Below are positions 9,614 to 11,337 of a stretch of DNA of 11,337 bases, in pieces; within the stretch, counting starts at the first letter, position 1, and the number at the start of each line of letters is the position of its first letter. The notes under the pieces were generated by a model. That model worked only from the letters and a program-made list of their open reading frames with translations. It ran no database searches and was not told the DNA's origin. Origin of the DNA: Zygophlyctis sp. KS116 (lineage: Eukaryota > Fungi > Chytridiomycota). Position numbers and translations under genes: made by a program. The DNA lies in contig BAAFSQ010000310.1 of NCBI GenBank assembly GCA_054661495.1, forward strand, positions 1 through 11,337, read 5' to 3'.

Positions 9614-10231
9614 TTAAGAATTCCTCAACTTTGCTAGTCTTTGACCCAACTCATCATCTTTTTCTCCAGTTTTTTCAACAGTAATAGTATTAGAAGCTGC
9701 TCCTGGAAGAGATAATTTCAATTCTAATCCATTTTCATCTGCTATTTGTTGCATAAATGAATCTACTTGATCTTGAGGTGTCATTGTTGATGTTGTTTGT
9801 CCCATAGCACCTTCCATGGTTGCAGTTTGTACATCTAAATCTTCAAATTGTTTTTCAAATTTATCCATAATCATTGAAATCTGTTCTAAATTCATTACTT
9901 GCATTGCCTTTTCCATTCCTTTTACGACTCCAGCCATATTAGCAGTCACTTTACGCATTGTGACTGCAGTTTGTACTCTAGAAGCCACTCCATCAATTCT
10001 AGAAGCCAATCTTAATAAATTTAATTCTTCCGTTTTCTTTCTAATTGCATTCTCTGAATATATTCTTGCTCCTTCAATATTTCCCTGTGATAATGCTTTT
10101 TTAACTTTTTGTTTTTCTTGTTCTTGTTCCTTTTGACATTTTTTAGATTGTCGCTCTAGACTTTTGGCTGTAAACTATGCATTTAGTAAAGAATTTTGAA
10201 ATACTTTTAATTGGAACAATTGATTTTCCAT
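9614..10231 (-). CDS. DID2: ESCRT-III-associated Did2/CHMP1 (Snf7 family), 195 aa, 2 exons (10231-10205, 10174-9614)
   Basis: MENQLFQLK|FTAKSLERQSKKC...GNIEGARIYSENAIRKK...LRLASRIDGVASRVQTAVTMRKVT...MDKFEKQFEDLDV...C-terminal MIM1 DELGQRLAKLRN. 30-nt intron 10204-10175 (GTATTT...TACTAAATGCATAG). Confidence 0.95.
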
Positions 10232-10322
10232 TTTTTCTTGTCAATAGCCGGAATTTATCTTTTTTAAAGAGAAACTTTTGTTAAAAAATACTAGTTTTTA
10301 TTTCATGAATAAATTAATATTT

Positions 10323-10399
10323 GATTCAATTTATTCAATCAAAAGTGATAATCAATTTCCATTGTTAATGTGATGAGTTTGTCCATAGATCAGTTTGTC
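10323..10399. repeat. Right arm of the 77-nt perfect inverted repeat (partner 1-77)
   Basis: Exact reverse complement of 1-77. Confidence 0.95.
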
Positions 10400-10539
10400 C
10401 GAATGCTTGAAGCAGCTTTTTTTCCATCGTGAATCGGAGTTCTTAAATGACGTTTAGCAAGATCAATTTGTCCGATTGTGATTGGAGCAGCAAAAGCAGA
10501 AGAAGCAAAGATGATTGATAAGAATAGATTTAATTTCAT
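10390..10539 (-). CDS. Small secreted prepro-peptide, 49 aa: MKLNLFLSIIFASSAFA-APITIGQIDLAKR-HLRTPIHDGKKAASSIRTN
   Basis: ATG 10539 in an A-rich context; classic signal peptide ending A-F-A; AP...LAKR pro-segment ending in a Kex2-type dibasic site. Two further homologous segments in the window; the 225-331 copy shows several synonymous differences (ctc/tta, tct/tca, ata/atc) consistent with past coding constraint. Confidence 0.7.
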   Translation of the reverse strand: MKLNLFLSIIFASSAFAAPITIGQIDLAKRHLRTPIHDGKKAASSIRTN

Positions 10540-10555
10540 TTTTTTAAAAGAGAGG

Positions 10556-10605
10556 CTGTCCCATCTTACATCATTTATGTCCGATCTGTCCCACCGTCTG
10601 TCCCA
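10556..10605 (-). promoter_or_regulatory. Three copies of TGGGACAG in the divergent promoter
   Basis: ctgtccca at 10556-10563, 10586-10593 and 10598-10605 on +, 17-66 nt upstream of the peptide ATG, in otherwise AT-rich intergenic DNA. Confidence 0.5.
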
Positions 10606-10733
10606 GGACTGTTTTGGATAATTACATTGCATTGATAATGATCAGATTAAAGTGATTTGTAATTGTTGTATCAATTCTAAAGGGTGACCAATAGGGATCA
10701 GAAAGGGGATTTTTAAAAGAAAATTTGAAAAGA

Positions 10734-11337
10734 ATGCTGATCACTGTTACATTTATTCTATTAATCATCAATGCATTTGCTACAAATACTCTATTAACAA
10801 CCAAAAAACTTTTATCTGATGAATCAGTGTCCGAACAATATAATCGGCATTCATCTAATTTTAATGCAAGAGCATTTCTATCTGAAATCAAAAAATGGCC
10901 GCTGAAACAGGAAATGCAAGCTATAAAGAATGCAATCAGTCAAGGATATTTAAGTGTTTTAGAGGAACAAGAGGATTTTATTATCGGGATTCCAAGATGG
11001 CCATCGTCTTTAAAAAGTCTTGTTGCTGATCATGCAATAAATACTGGAAATAAACGGCTTTTAAAAGAAATATTAAAGTCTCTAAGAACTGGGGATCAAA
11101 AGGTTTTGGAAAATGTGTATTCTCAAGTATTTGCGGTAAGAGGGAATGCTGAAAAATACTTGAAATTAATCTTGAAATTTACTGATGGGATGCAACTAGA
11201 CTCATTTGAGGCTTTTTTTCTAAATGCAGTATATGAAGGGGATTTGGAACTATTAAAAGTTTTTTTAAAGAATTTTGATAGATTTAATAGTCCTCAAGTG
11301 ATTGAAAAGTATGGGAAGAATGCTGAAAAGGTTTTAC
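10734..11337 (+). CDS. Secreted protein with degenerate ankyrin-like repeats (5' part only, 201 aa visible, runs off the window)
   Basis: Stop-free frame from ATG 10734 to the window end: MLITVTFILLIINAFA (signal peptide) TNTLLTTKK...; ankyrin-like helix-turn-helix motifs NAISQGYLSVLE, HAINTGNKRLLKEILK, NAVYEGDLELLKVFLK. Absent from the ORF track because no stop lies in the window. Confidence 0.75.
   Translation, partial: MLITVTFILLIINAFATNTLLTTKKLLSDESVSEQYNRHSSNFNARAFLSEIKKWPLKQEMQAIKNAISQGYLSVLEEQEDFIIGIPRWPSSLKSLVADHAINTGNKRLLKEILKSLRTGDQKVLENVYSQVFAVRGNAEKYLKLILKFTDGMQLDSFEAFFLNAVYEGDLELLKVFLKNFDRFNSPQVIEKYGKNAEKVL

Noticed and set aside
1-10399. Inverted repeats as terminal inverted repeats of a large transposon
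   Set aside because: No transposase or recombinase lies inside, the cargo is conserved housekeeping genes, and the arms are gene-derived. No target-site duplication can be assessed because the left end is cut off.
10371-10605. Short repeats as a CRISPR-like array
   Set aside because: Eukaryotic context, units of only 8-16 nt, irregular spacing and no cas genes.
10540-10632. 31-aa N-terminal extension with WDR/WDS repeats in the 80-aa track ORF
   Set aside because: The WD words are just translations of the TGGGACAG motifs. The signal peptide begins at Met 10539, and the homologous copy at 225 begins at the same point. This is not a WD40 protein.

Overview
AT-rich, very gene-dense eukaryotic DNA, most likely from an early-diverging (chytrid-like) fungus; the taxonomy is inferred from protein style and gene content. 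Seven housekeeping-type genes are packed with gaps of 94 nt or less: VTI1 Qb-SNARE (+), an arrestin-fold protein (-), type I metacaspase MCA1 (-), a GPI-anchored 8-Cys Ser/Thr-rich protein (+), a MARVEL-type 4-TM protein (+), TRAPPC11 (-, 12 exons, ~1243 aa) and DID2/CHMP1 (-). Hand reconstruction of four split genes gives 17 GT-AG introns, all 24-32 nt long (mean ~27). The ~10.3 kb block is bracketed by inverted copies of a tiny secreted prepro-peptide gene: an intact copy at 10390-10539 (-), a 77-nt perfect inverted copy of its 3' end at 1-77, and a decayed copy at 225-331. The intact copy is divergently paired, across a promoter with three TGGGACAG motifs, with a signal-peptide/ankyrin-like ORF (10734 to window end) that is missing from the ORF track.
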